A program made the translations under genes and the position numbers. Below are positions 28,038 to 36,956 of a stretch of 48,706 nucleotides of DNA, one piece after another (the stretch's first letter is position 1; every line of letters begins with the position of its first letter). Where the stretch lies: assembly GCA_045862955.1 (NCBI GenBank), contig BTVI01000023.1, forward strand, positions 1-48,706. The letters run 5' to 3'. The notes under the pieces were generated by a model, which ran no database searches, had not been told where the DNA came from, and worked only from the letters and a program-made list of their open reading frames with translations. The DNA comes from Fimbriimonadales bacterium. GTDB taxonomy: Bacteria > Armatimonadota > Fimbriimonadia > Fimbriimonadales > JABRVX01.

Positions 28038-28822
28038 TCCCCATCCTGGCGATTGCGGGAACGACCGTGGGCGAGGCGATTCGGCGAAAAGTACTGCTGA
28101 TTATCCTGCTCATCGGCTTGGGGTTGCTCATCGTCACTCCTGGCTTGCAGCAGCTCTCGCCGAGACAGGCCAACACCGTGGTGATTGCTTTCGGTCTGGG
28201 CGTGATCCAGATGGTGGGGGCACTCGTGGCGGTGGTGCTCACCATCAGCTTGATCCCTCAGGAGATCGAGCGCCGCACGATCTACACCATCCTGGCCAAA
28301 CCGGTGCAGAGGCATCAGTTCCTCATCGGCAAGTTCCTCGGAAGCGTGGCGACGATCCTCGTTTTGATGGCGATGATGACCGTCGTCTTCATCCTCGTCT
28401 TCTACTTCGCCCCCGGACAAGAGAAGCAGCTTCCCCCGAACCTGTGGCAGGGCCCGACGCTGTTTTTCCTGCAGATGGTAATCCTCGCGGCAGTTGCGAT
28501 GTTCTTCAGCACCTTCGTGTCTCCGCTCGTCAACTTCTTCCTCAGCTTCGGAGTGTACGTCGTGGGGAACCTGGCGAACCCGCTGTTCGAGTCGTTGGCG
28601 AGCGGCCGAGGTGTCAGCGAAATCGCACGCGTGGGGGCCGTCCTGATCCACTACGTGCTACCCAACTTCGCAAACTATAACGTGCAGAACCCGATCATCA
28701 ACCCGGAGTCGGTGGTGGGCAGCCCGCAGGTATACGTCGTGCAGGTGTTGCTATACGCGATCGTATACACGAGCATTCTGCTCTTGGGATCGGTGCTGAT
28801 CTTCGACAGGCGCGAGGTGTAG
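28034..28822 (+). CDS. ABC-2 type permease (PilI/XapB-like)
   Basis: Multi-TM, EIERRTIYTILAKPV..FLIGKFLG, terminal FDRREV. Confidence 0.88.
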   Translation: MIPILAIAGTTVGEAIRRKVLLIILLIGLGLLIVTPGLQQLSPRQANTVVIAFGLGVIQMVGALVAVVLTISLIPQEIERRTIYTILAKPVQRHQFLIGKFLGSVATILVLMAMMTVVFILVFYFAPGQEKQLPPNLWQGPTLFFLQMVILAAVAMFFSTFVSPLVNFFLSFGVYVVGNLANPLFESLASGRGVSEIARVGAVLIHYVLPNFANYNVQNPIINPESVVGSPQVYVVQVLLYAIVYTSILLLGSVLIFDRREV

Positions 28823-28823
28823 G

Positions 28824-30182
28824 GTGAGGTCACGCAAGCTACTCATCGGCCTGCTCATCGCCGCTGCCATCATCCAGGGTGGCCTGCAAGCGACGATCGA
28901 TCCACTGTGGCGGAAGTACTACGCACCGAAGAACCTGTACGCGGTAGGGCTCTCGCCCGAGCAGATGTTGTTCGCCCTAGTGGGATTTCGCGAGGTGCTG
29001 GCCGGCATTCTGTGGGTACGCGCAGACGAGTTCTTCCACAGCGGTAACTACGACGCGATTCTGCCCATCGTACGTATAGTGACCCTCCTCGACCCACACC
29101 AGATCGACGTGTACGTCACGGGCGCATGGCACATGGGCTACAACTTCACCGACGAGGACCAACGGTCCGACAGGCGATACCTCGCGCCCGCGCTGATGTT
29201 GTTGGAGGAGGGTATCCGGAACAACCCCAACACCTACGAGATGTGGTTCGAGTTGGGGTGGATGAAGTACCACAAGATTCAAGACTTCCCCGGCGCCGTC
29301 GCCGCGTTCGAGAAGGCTGTTACGTTCGACGACATCCCGCTCGCTCGTCGCAACATTCTCGCTCACGCCTACGAGAAGAATGGCCAGATCTGGAAGGCAC
29401 TGGAGTACTACAAGAAGCTGTACGCCATCAACCAAGAGCTGGTAGAGGAGTTCCCGGATTCCGACTCCGCCAAGATCGGCCGCGACACGGTGGAGAGCAA
29501 CCTGGACCTTCACATCATCCGAATGGCGGCGCGAGGCTACTTCGCGATGAAGCGTGGGGACTACAACCAAGAGGGCCGCTACACTACCCTGCCCCCGCGG
29601 GAGCAGATGAACTTCGGCGCCCGGGTAACGGTTATCGAACCGGGGGTGATTCGCGTGGTGGGGACTCTCGGCCTTGCTCCCATCGGCGCGCGCGTGCGCT
29701 GCACACTGAAAGACGCCGGCTACGAACTGGACCTCTCGCCCAAGGAGTTCACGTTCGAGATTGACAAAGACGTGACGTACATGCAGGACGAGTTGTTCAA
29801 CCGCAAAAAGCGTTTCGCCCGCACGATCAACATGTCGAAGGACCCCGTGATGTACCCGTTCATCGCGGACAAGTACGACGTGGAGTTTTTGTGGTCACCG
29901 AGATGGGCACCTCCGCACGTGCAGGACCGTCTCGGCTGGAATGGGGAGGGAATGGACGACAAGCGCTACTTGGACACTTCGGTGCCAGGGTTGCGTCAGA
30001 TTCGGGCCGTGATCCACCTGACCCGAGAGCAGATTCTGCGTACCGGCGAGTGGCGGGACAAGGTGCCGGTCGTAGAAACGGAGGGCTTCGTCGAAGTGCC
30101 GGAGCCACCGAAACGATATCGTCGGGTTGACCCGTCTAAGATTCCGGGGCCGCCGACGGGTCCCGAACAACAGAACCGATAG
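28824..30182 (+). CDS. Membrane-anchored TPR-repeat protein associated with the ABC exporter
   Basis: N-terminal TM, LWVRADEFFH, TLLDPH, TPR-like helices (LEEGIRNNP, FELGW, AFEKAV, LAHAYEKNG). Confidence 0.75.
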   Translation: MRSRKLLIGLLIAAAIIQGGLQATIDPLWRKYYAPKNLYAVGLSPEQMLFALVGFREVLAGILWVRADEFFHSGNYDAILPIVRIVTLLDPHQIDVYVTGAWHMGYNFTDEDQRSDRRYLAPALMLLEEGIRNNPNTYEMWFELGWMKYHKIQDFPGAVAAFEKAVTFDDIPLARRNILAHAYEKNGQIWKALEYYKKLYAINQELVEEFPDSDSAKIGRDTVESNLDLHIIRMAARGYFAMKRGDYNQEGRYTTLPPREQMNFGARVTVIEPGVIRVVGTLGLAPIGARVRCTLKDAGYELDLSPKEFTFEIDKDVTYMQDELFNRKKRFARTINMSKDPVMYPFIADKYDVEFLWSPRWAPPHVQDRLGWNGEGMDDKRYLDTSVPGLRQIRAVIHLTREQILRTGEWRDKVPVVETEGFVEVPEPPKRYRRVDPSKIPGPPTGPEQQNR

Positions 30183-30206
30183 TGTTTGCATGGGGTGGTC
30201 CTGACC

Positions 30207-30481
30207 GGTCGGGGCGCTAGACGGGGAGCCAGCGGTGCCCTGTACCCGAAATCCGCTATAGCGGGGTCGAATGCTCGCCCCCGGCGTCTCTCCGGCGCGA
30301 AACGACGCGCACCGGCGGTGATGAGGTTCGGGCCCTGCGCGACGGAATCTCGGCGAACCCCGCCAGGTCCGGAAGGAAGCAACGGCAAACCGACCTTTCC
30401 GTGCGCCGCAGAACTCCCGAAAGGAGCCGTCGAGGCGCGGACGCCGTGTCGGCGGACGACAAAGGCGAGTGCGCCCCGACC
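30207..30481 (+). ncRNA. ffs: Signal recognition particle RNA, large (Alu-containing) bacterial type
   Basis: Domain IV CCAGGTCCGGAAGGAAGCAACGG at ~30363. Alu-like GGGGAGCCAGCGGTGCCCTGTACCCGAAATCCGCTATAGCGGGG. Ends GGTCGGGGCGC / GCGCCCCGACC pair. Confidence 0.93.
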
Positions 30482-30526
30482 CGTCGGGGTCGCCCCATGC
30501 AGCCGTTCCACCGTGGGGTTCTCTTA

Positions 30527-31462
30527 GTGCGACGTTTCGAGGTGGGACCTTCGGAGGCCGGAGAGCGGCTCGATGTGTACTTGGCTCGGAGGCTTCCGGA
30601 GCACAGTCGAGCCCGGATCGCTCGAGCGATTCGAGACGGCCTGATCACGGTCTCGGGCAAGACTGCCAAGCCGGGCTTGCAGCTCGCCAAAGGACAGACT
30701 GTCCTCTGTCGTGACATCCCCAACCTTCCGCCGTCCGAGGACCTGCAAGCCGAGGCGATTCCTCTCGACATCGTGTATGAGGACGAGCATCTGCTGGTGG
30801 TGAACAAACCTCCCGGCATGGCCTCGCATCCCGGTCCGGGAGTGCGAAGCGGGACTCTGGTACACGCGCTGCTGGGGCGCGGGGGCTCGCTGGCAGAGGG
30901 CTCCGCGCCGTTTCGACCCGGAATCGTTCATCGCTTGGACAAGGACACTTCTGGGCTGCTGCTCGTGGCGAAGACGGACGCCGCACACTGGAAGCTGTCG
31001 CGAATGATTGCGAGACGCGAGGTGACGAGGCTGTACGAGTGCATCGTCGTGGGTAGTCCGCGCGAGGACCGGTTCACCGTTGACGCAGCTATCGGAAGAC
31101 ATCCGAAGAACCGCAAGAAGATGGCTGTGCTGCCAGAAGACGCGCCTGGGGCGAGGGCAGCGCGGACGGACTTCGAAGTGATAGAGCGCTTCCGTGGCTT
31201 TGCGCTCTTGCACGCACGATTGCACACGGGTCGGACCCATCAGGTGCGCGTGCACTTGGCATCCATAGGGTTGCCCATATTGGGAGACGCGACCTACGGC
31301 TCCCACACGGCCGGAAGGGATGTCGCCGCTTCGCTAGTCGGCCAGGCGCTTCACGCCTTTAGGCTGGAATTGCGACATCCCTTCACCGACCATCCCCTCT
31401 CCTTAGTCGCGGCACGACCGCTCGGGTGGAAAGTCGTGCTTCGTGCGCTAGGTCCACCGTAG
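30527..31462 (+). CDS. rluD: RluA-family pseudouridine synthase with S4 domain
   Basis: RLDVYL, VVNKPPGM, RPGIVHRLDKDTSG, LHTGRTHQVRVH, GDATYG, QALHA. Start uncertain. Confidence 0.9.
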   Translation: MRRFEVGPSEAGERLDVYLARRLPEHSRARIARAIRDGLITVSGKTAKPGLQLAKGQTVLCRDIPNLPPSEDLQAEAIPLDIVYEDEHLLVVNKPPGMASHPGPGVRSGTLVHALLGRGGSLAEGSAPFRPGIVHRLDKDTSGLLLVAKTDAAHWKLSRMIARREVTRLYECIVVGSPREDRFTVDAAIGRHPKNRKKMAVLPEDAPGARAARTDFEVIERFRGFALLHARLHTGRTHQVRVHLASIGLPILGDATYGSHTAGRDVAASLVGQALHAFRLELRHPFTDHPLSLVAARPLGWKVVLRALGPP

Positions 31463-31626
31463 GGGAACGCTCTGCATGCGGGCTGCGGAGCGGCCCCGGG
31501 GCCGATCGCGCTCGTAGCCAAACAGGCTACTGCACACACTGTACAGCCATGTGGCCGATGCGGCAACCGTTCAACTTAGCGGGAAGGAAGCGACGGGCTC
31601 GCTAACCCGCCAGATTGCCGGCACGC

Positions 31627-32208
31627 TCAGTCGCCGAAATGTCGTGTCTCGCGGCAAGCCACCGCGAGCCTTCGCAGGTACTCAGCCAAGGAGATCTCGA
31701 TCACGCCGAGAGAAGCCAGGTGGGGTGTCTGGTACTGAACATCCAACAGTTCGTATCCGCGCTCTGCCAGCCTGGTAACTAGCGCATGCAGGGCCACCTT
31801 CGAAGCATCGGTCTCTCGATGGAACATGGACTCCGCCATGAATGCTGCACCGAGGGATACGCCGTAGACGCCGCCGACGAGGCTCCCTTCGCGCCACGTC
31901 TCGATGCTGTGCGCATACCCCATCCGGAACAGCTCTGTGTACGCCCGGATCAGGTCCTCGGAGATCCAAGTCTCTTCGCGGTCGGCGCAGCCCCGCATCA
32001 CCCCCTCGAAATCACGGTCCACCGTGACATCGAATTTTCCTGAGCGCAGCACCCTCCGCAAGGAACGGCTGACATGCATCCCGTGTATGGGCAGAATGGC
32101 GCGGGGGTCGGGGCGAAACCACCAGATCTCACCCGTCGCGGGGTCCGCCATCGGGAAGATACCGTGCATGTATGCTGTAAGCAAGCCTTTCGGTGAAAGA
32201 TTCAGCAT
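31627..32208 (-). CDS. aat: Leucyl/phenylalanyl-tRNA--protein transferase
   Basis: AYMHGIFPM, PDPRA, TWI, AHSIE, GGVYGV, ESMFH, DASKVAL, HLASLG. Confidence 0.94.
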   Translation of the reverse strand: MLNLSPKGLLTAYMHGIFPMADPATGEIWWFRPDPRAILPIHGMHVSRSLRRVLRSGKFDVTVDRDFEGVMRGCADREETWISEDLIRAYTELFRMGYAHSIETWREGSLVGGVYGVSLGAAFMAESMFHRETDASKVALHALVTRLAERGYELLDVQYQTPHLASLGVIEISLAEYLRRLAVACRETRHFGD

Positions 32209-32246
32209 CGGGAAGCGATGAAGTCTTTATTATTACACACTAATGT

Positions 32247-32275
32247 TTGACTTCCTGGGACGAGTGGGATACAAT
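32247..32275 (+). promoter_or_regulatory. sigma70-type promoter for thiN-SSS-FHA
   Basis: TTGACT-17 nt-TACAAT. Confidence 0.7.
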
Positions 32276-32367
32276 TGCCGGTGCCGGACATTGGGAAGAG
32301 ATTGGGTGCTGCTACCCACGATGCCCGATATCCGAATCGCCACCGGGCCGAACGAGGGCGGGCAGGG

Positions 32368-33033
32368 TTGAGTGCGACGAAGGCTCTCATAGTTTTGAAC
32401 GGGACACCTCCCGGCAGAAGGTTGCTCCGAACCCTCGTTCGTTCGGCGGACATCGTGGTAGCCGCGGACGGAGGTTCTAGGGCGCTGTTGGATGCAGACC
32501 TTCCCTTCCACGCACTGATTGGTGACTTAGACTCCGCGCCCGCGTGCATCCTCCAATCCCCGTCAGAGAGCTTCGAGGTGATCCACGACACGAGCCAGGA
32601 TACCACCGACGCGGAAAAGGCTCTGCACTGGGTCCTGCACTCGACGGACGCCCGCGATATCGTCCTCACCGCATCGCAGAGCTCCGAGATAGACCACGTG
32701 CTAGCCACATTCAGCGTGTGCGCCAAGTACGCGCACCGGGGGAGGGTGCGGATCGTCGAGGACGGATGCCTGGTTCACTTCGTGACTGACGAGGCGGAGC
32801 TGCAGCTCGCCCAGGGGACGAAGTTGTCGCTGTTGGGCCTTCCTACTGCGGACGGCATTCGGACTCACGGCCTACGATGGCCACTTTCGGCCGAGGCTCT
32901 TAGTTTCGGCATGCGTGACGGGGTACACAACGAGGTAATGGAGAACCCCGTGCGCCTGTCCATACGCGAGGGCTGTCTAGGGGTGTTCCTAAGTAGGAAT
33001 AGAAGCGACCCCTTCCAATGGCCCGGTTCGTAG
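32368..33033 (+). CDS. thiN: Thiamine pyrophosphokinase
   Basis: AADGG, IGDLDS, QDTTDAEKAL, DHVLA, GLRWPL, GVHNE. Start is TTG 32368 or GTG 32281. Confidence 0.9.
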   Translation: MSATKALIVLNGTPPGRRLLRTLVRSADIVVAADGGSRALLDADLPFHALIGDLDSAPACILQSPSESFEVIHDTSQDTTDAEKALHWVLHSTDARDIVLTASQSSEIDHVLATFSVCAKYAHRGRVRIVEDGCLVHFVTDEAELQLAQGTKLSLLGLPTADGIRTHGLRWPLSAEALSFGMRDGVHNEVMENPVRLSIREGCLGVFLSRNRSDPFQWPGS

Positions 33034-34442
33034 CAGCCGACTACATCGTCGTCGCGCTCTTCCTCGCGTTGGTCTTCCTCGCGGGGTTCGCCGCGCGTCG
33101 CAAGGGCGTGACCGAGTTCATGGTGGCGGGGCGGGCGGTCACGCTTCCCGCGTTGGTGGCGACTCTCGTCGCGACATGGTACGGCGGCATTCTGGGTGTA
33201 GGGGAGTTCACGTACAACTACGGTATCATCAACTGGTTCGTCAACGGCTTTCCGTATTACGTGTTCGCGGTGCTGTTCGCCTACCTACTGGCCCCGCGCA
33301 TTCGGGAGTCGGACGTGTACAGCCTATCCGACAGGCTGTTTCAGGCATACGGGCGGGCCGCCTCGGTCATCGGCGGCATCCTGACCTTTCTGCTAACGAC
33401 ACCCGCTCCCTATCTGCTGATGATGGGCGTGCTGCTGCAGAGGGTGTTCGGGATGGGCTTGGTCGAGGGCTGCATCGTCGGTGGCATCCTCTCGACCGTG
33501 TACCTGTACCGCGGCGGGTTGCTCGCCGACATCCGGGTGAACCTGGTTCAGTTCGCTGCGATGTACATCGGGATCGCCGTGATCATCCCGTTTGCGGTGG
33601 CTCGATATGGCGGGCTGGAGTTCCTCCGCGAGAACCTACCTCCCCTGCACTGGACATGGGATGGTGGCAACGGCGCCACCTATGTCATCGCGTGGTTCTT
33701 CATTGCGCTCTGGACGCTGGTGGACCCATCGTTTCACCAACGATGTGCGGCTGCGAGGAACCCGTCGGTAGCGCGAAAAGCGATACTATGGAGTGTCGCC
33801 CTGTGGTTCGTGTTCGACTCCGTCACAACCACGGTGGGGCTCTACGCCAGGGCGGTATTCCGCGAGCCGCTCTTAGCCGACCCGAAGATGGCCTTTCCGG
33901 AGCTGGCAGATGCGGTGCTCGCCCCGGGGTTCCGAGGAGCGTTCTACGTCGGTCTTCTGGCTACCATCATGTCCACACTGGTTAGCTATGCGTTCCTCGG
34001 CGGTGTGTCGTTCGGACGCGACATCTTGTGGCGGCTGCGACGCGAGGCGAGCGAGGAGAGACTGCCCGGCTACACACGTTGGGGTGTGGCGCTGGCGACC
34101 GTAATCGGGCTCGCGGGCGCGCTCGCCATCCAGAGTGTGGTCGAGCTTTGGTGGACCGTCGGCTCGTGCATCATCCCGGGGCTGTTGCTCCCGGTGGTGC
34201 TAGCGTTCTTTCCTCGGGCGAAGCCTCGCCCTGGAATAGCCGTGGGTATGATGATCGGCGGTTGCGTGACGTCCACAGTGTGGTTCCTGATTGGCAAGGC
34301 CCATGCGGCTGACGGGTGGCCGGTGTATCCGCTCGGCTTGGAGCCGATGTACCCTGGCCTACTGCTCACGCTTGTGGTGTACGCTCTCACGGCGCTGCGG
34401 GGAGGAATCGGCTACGGGAAGGGAGAACTGGCTAGCCCATGA
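33018..34442 (+). CDS. Sodium:solute symporter, probably for thiamine or a thiamine precursor
   Basis: FMVAGR, ATWYGG, GGLLAD, QRCAAA, ATIMST, many TM helices. Overlaps thiN. Confidence 0.85.
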   Translation: MARFVAADYIVVALFLALVFLAGFAARRKGVTEFMVAGRAVTLPALVATLVATWYGGILGVGEFTYNYGIINWFVNGFPYYVFAVLFAYLLAPRIRESDVYSLSDRLFQAYGRAASVIGGILTFLLTTPAPYLLMMGVLLQRVFGMGLVEGCIVGGILSTVYLYRGGLLADIRVNLVQFAAMYIGIAVIIPFAVARYGGLEFLRENLPPLHWTWDGGNGATYVIAWFFIALWTLVDPSFHQRCAAARNPSVARKAILWSVALWFVFDSVTTTVGLYARAVFREPLLADPKMAFPELADAVLAPGFRGAFYVGLLATIMSTLVSYAFLGGVSFGRDILWRLRREASEERLPGYTRWGVALATVIGLAGALAIQSVVELWWTVGSCIIPGLLLPVVLAFFPRAKPRPGIAVGMMIGGCVTSTVWFLIGKAHAADGWPVYPLGLEPMYPGLLLTLVVYALTALRGGIGYGKGELASP

Positions 34443-34846
34443 CCGAGGAAGAGCCCATCGTGGAAGAGGCCCTCGAGGAGCCGCTCGTCGAGACACCGGC
34501 ACGCCTGCGGTACGTGGACGCCACAGGACCGACCGATCGCGTGTTCGAACTGCAATCGGACAACCTGATCGGCCGCTACGACCCGGCGGTGTGCGAGGTG
34601 GATGTGGACCTGACGGAGTTTCCCGACTCGAAGTTCGTGAGCCGGCGACATGCACGGATCCGTCGCGAGGGTGAGCAGTGGTTGTTGAGCGATCTCGGCT
34701 CAGGGAATGGCACCTTCCTCTATCGCGGCTCGGGAGCCCAACCGGAGCGGGTCGGTGAGGAAGTGGCCATCGCCGATGGGGACGAGATCGCGTTCGGCAG
34801 CGTCCGCTGCCGCTTCGAGACGGCGGCCGAGGAGCCTGAAGGCTAG
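34439..34846 (+). CDS. FHA domain protein
   Basis: IGR, VSRRHA, DLGSGNGT, GDEIAFG. Confidence 0.9.
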   Translation: MTEEEPIVEEALEEPLVETPARLRYVDATGPTDRVFELQSDNLIGRYDPAVCEVDVDLTEFPDSKFVSRRHARIRREGEQWLLSDLGSGNGTFLYRGSGAQPERVGEEVAIADGDEIAFGSVRCRFETAAEEPEG

Positions 34847-35298
34847 TTCAGAGCCTCGAGGGCTCGCTGGAACATTGCCTCGTAGTAGGGCGACCAGTCG
34901 AAGTAGTTTTCCCTAAGCTCTGCAAGGCTCATCAGCCGCACGTCGTCGGCCTCGGACGGAGCGGTCGGCTGGGCCAATGACCGAAGGCGTCCAACGAACG
35001 CCAGCCCGACCTGCAGGCCCGAGGGCCGCTCCCACTCGACAGAGCCGAACGGGCGGAGATCCGTCGCGGTGCAACCCGCTTCCTCCATCAGCTCGCGCTC
35101 TGCAGCTTGTTCCGGCGTCTCACCCTCATCCACCGAGCCACTCGGAATGCACCAGCCGCGCCCGCGGACATGGGAGACCACGAAACGGCCTCGCTCCGAA
35201 ACGAACACGAGCACGAAGGAAATCGGGCAGTTCGGCTCGGTATGCGTGGTGAAGTGTAGGCGACCGCCGAGGTAGCGTCCGTCCGGGATCGGAATCAG
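34843..35298 (-). CDS. NUDIX hydrolase
   Basis: Nudix box GSVDEGETPEQAAERELMEEAG. First canonical start is GTG 35214, but the frame is open to CTG 35298, which overlaps the lepB stop. Confidence 0.85.
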   Translation of the reverse strand: MIPIPDGRYLGGRLHFTTHTEPNCPISFVLVFVSERGRFVVSHVRGRGWCIPSGSVDEGETPEQAAERELMEEAGCTATDLRPFGSVEWERPSGLQVGLAFVGRLRSLAQPTAPSEADDVRLMSLAELRENYFDWSPYYEAMFQRALEALN

Positions 35299-35762
35299 GG
35301 CCGAACCACCTTGCCGAGGATGCGAACTACGGGCACAGGGCCGAAGCGCCGGCTGTCGTCGCTCTCCGCCAGGTTGTCACCCAACACGAACACGTGGCCG
35401 GGGGGTACCACCATTGGCACTCGGCCTGGAGCCAGGGAACCCGGTATCCAGTCCCCGGGCAGCGCCGCGACACGCTTGATCAGGAACCCAGCATGCGGTC
35501 CCTCGTTGTCGCGAATGACCACTACGTCGTCTCGGCTGGGCTCTCCGAAGAGCCAGAAAGCACGCGTGACCAATAGACGATCGCCGGAGTGGAAGTTCGG
35601 CTCCATGGACCGCCCTTCGACTACGACGGTCTGGAAGTTCAGGTAGGTGAAGACGGAGAGTGCGAGAAGCAAGACCAGGATCACGATAGACGCGACCTGG
35701 CGCCGCTCGGGTGGCGGCGGCACTTCGGGTGGGCTGACTCTGCTGAGATCGATCAGCGTCAT
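35295..35762 (-). CDS. lepB: Signal peptidase I
   Basis: TM then GRSMEP (Ser), IKRV (Lys), VLGDN..SDDSRRFGPV. Start taken at ATG 35762. Confidence 0.92.
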   Translation of the reverse strand: MTLIDLSRVSPPEVPPPPERRQVASIVILVLLLALSVFTYLNFQTVVVEGRSMEPNFHSGDRLLVTRAFWLFGEPSRDDVVVIRDNEGPHAGFLIKRVAALPGDWIPGSLAPGRVPMVVPPGHVFVLGDNLAESDDSRRFGPVPVVRILGKVVRP

Positions 35763-35818
35763 CTCGCATAATAGTACGATGCAGACGCGGAGACGTTCGC
35801 GGGGCACGGAGGCATCAT

Positions 35819-36328
35819 TTGGCAGGTTTCGCAGAATCTCTCGGCATTGGGCCTGATAACCTAGCTGCATGGCTGCTCGGAGTGATCGTGGTCCAGGCGG
35901 TCTCCTTGGTGGCGCTCGCTGTGCTTTGGAGGCGCTCGGCTGGATCGGCACGGAAATGGAGTGGTCTACTGCAGGGAGCCGAGGGGCTGGGCGCCGTGGA
36001 AATGCTTCAGCGCCACCTGCAGACACTCCAACAGCATGAGGACCGCCTCGCCGAGGGGGAGGTCCGGATGGACGGTCTGGCCTCGCGACTTTCTCACTCG
36101 GTTCGGCGGATTGGTTTGGTGAAGTACGACGCCTTCGAGGACGTGGGAGGCAAGCAGAGCTTCGCGCTCGCTCTGATGGACGACGCCGGGAACGGCGCCG
36201 TACTCACGAGTCTAATCGGAAGGAACGAGTGCCGGGTGTTCGCTAAGAGGCTCGAGGCGGGCCGTGCCGACGTGGCAACGACGGCGGAAGAGGACGCAGC
36301 GATAGCCGCTGCGGGGAGATGGGACTGA
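35819..36328 (+). CDS. DUF4446 family membrane-anchored protein
   Basis: N-terminal TM, coiled coil, GLVKYDAFEDVGGKQSFALAL, FAK. GGAGG RBS before TTG. Confidence 0.8.
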   Translation: MAGFAESLGIGPDNLAAWLLGVIVVQAVSLVALAVLWRRSAGSARKWSGLLQGAEGLGAVEMLQRHLQTLQQHEDRLAEGEVRMDGLASRLSHSVRRIGLVKYDAFEDVGGKQSFALALMDDAGNGAVLTSLIGRNECRVFAKRLEAGRADVATTAEEDAAIAAAGRWD

Positions 36329-36921
36329 GGCCACCTAGCCCCGAACACGAAGCCGAGCTAATCCTGCGGGCGCAGCGGGGCGAGCGATCGGCTTTCGACG
36401 GCCTGGTGGCCCTTTACCAGAACCGTACCTATCAGTTCGCCCTACGGCTCTGCGGGAACCCGGACGATGCCGCCGACCTGGTGGCAGACACCTTCGTTCG
36501 CGCCTTCCGCGCCATTCGGAGCTTCCGCAGCGATGCTGCGCTCTCGACGTGGCTGTTCAAGATACTGTCTAACGTGTACTTGGACATGAGCCGGCGCGAG
36601 CGCCATCGCCGGCACGTATCTCTGGAGGCAGCGCTCGACCTGGGCGACAGCGAGGTGCACCGGCAGGTGGCCGACGAGGGCTCGGACCCTCAAGAACTGG
36701 CAGAACTCTCGGAGCAGTCTCGTGCGCTCCTGAAAGCGATCCGTGAGCTGCCTCACGACCAGAGACTGATGGTGTTGATGTATCACACAGAGGGCAAGTC
36801 CTACGAGGAGATCGCGGAGGCGGTCGGGCATCCCATCGGCACGGTAAAGAGCCGCTTACACCGTGCCCGCATGAACCTAAGAAAGATCCTGTCGGGCCAG
36901 GCGGAACTTTTCCAGCCGTAG
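36319..36921 (+). CDS. ECF sigma-70 factor
   Basis: DAADLVADTFVRAF, STWLFKI, SYEEIAEAVGHPIGTVKSRLHRAR. Confidence 0.93.
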   Translation: MGLRPPSPEHEAELILRAQRGERSAFDGLVALYQNRTYQFALRLCGNPDDAADLVADTFVRAFRAIRSFRSDAALSTWLFKILSNVYLDMSRRERHRRHVSLEAALDLGDSEVHRQVADEGSDPQELAELSEQSRALLKAIRELPHDQRLMVLMYHTEGKSYEEIAEAVGHPIGTVKSRLHRARMNLRKILSGQAELFQP

Positions 36922-36956
36922 CCGAGTCTGACGACCAGAACCGGAAGATTGCGACT

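Noticed and set aside
32276..32367. TPP riboswitch ahead of thiN
   Set aside because: No CUGAGA or ACCUGA core.
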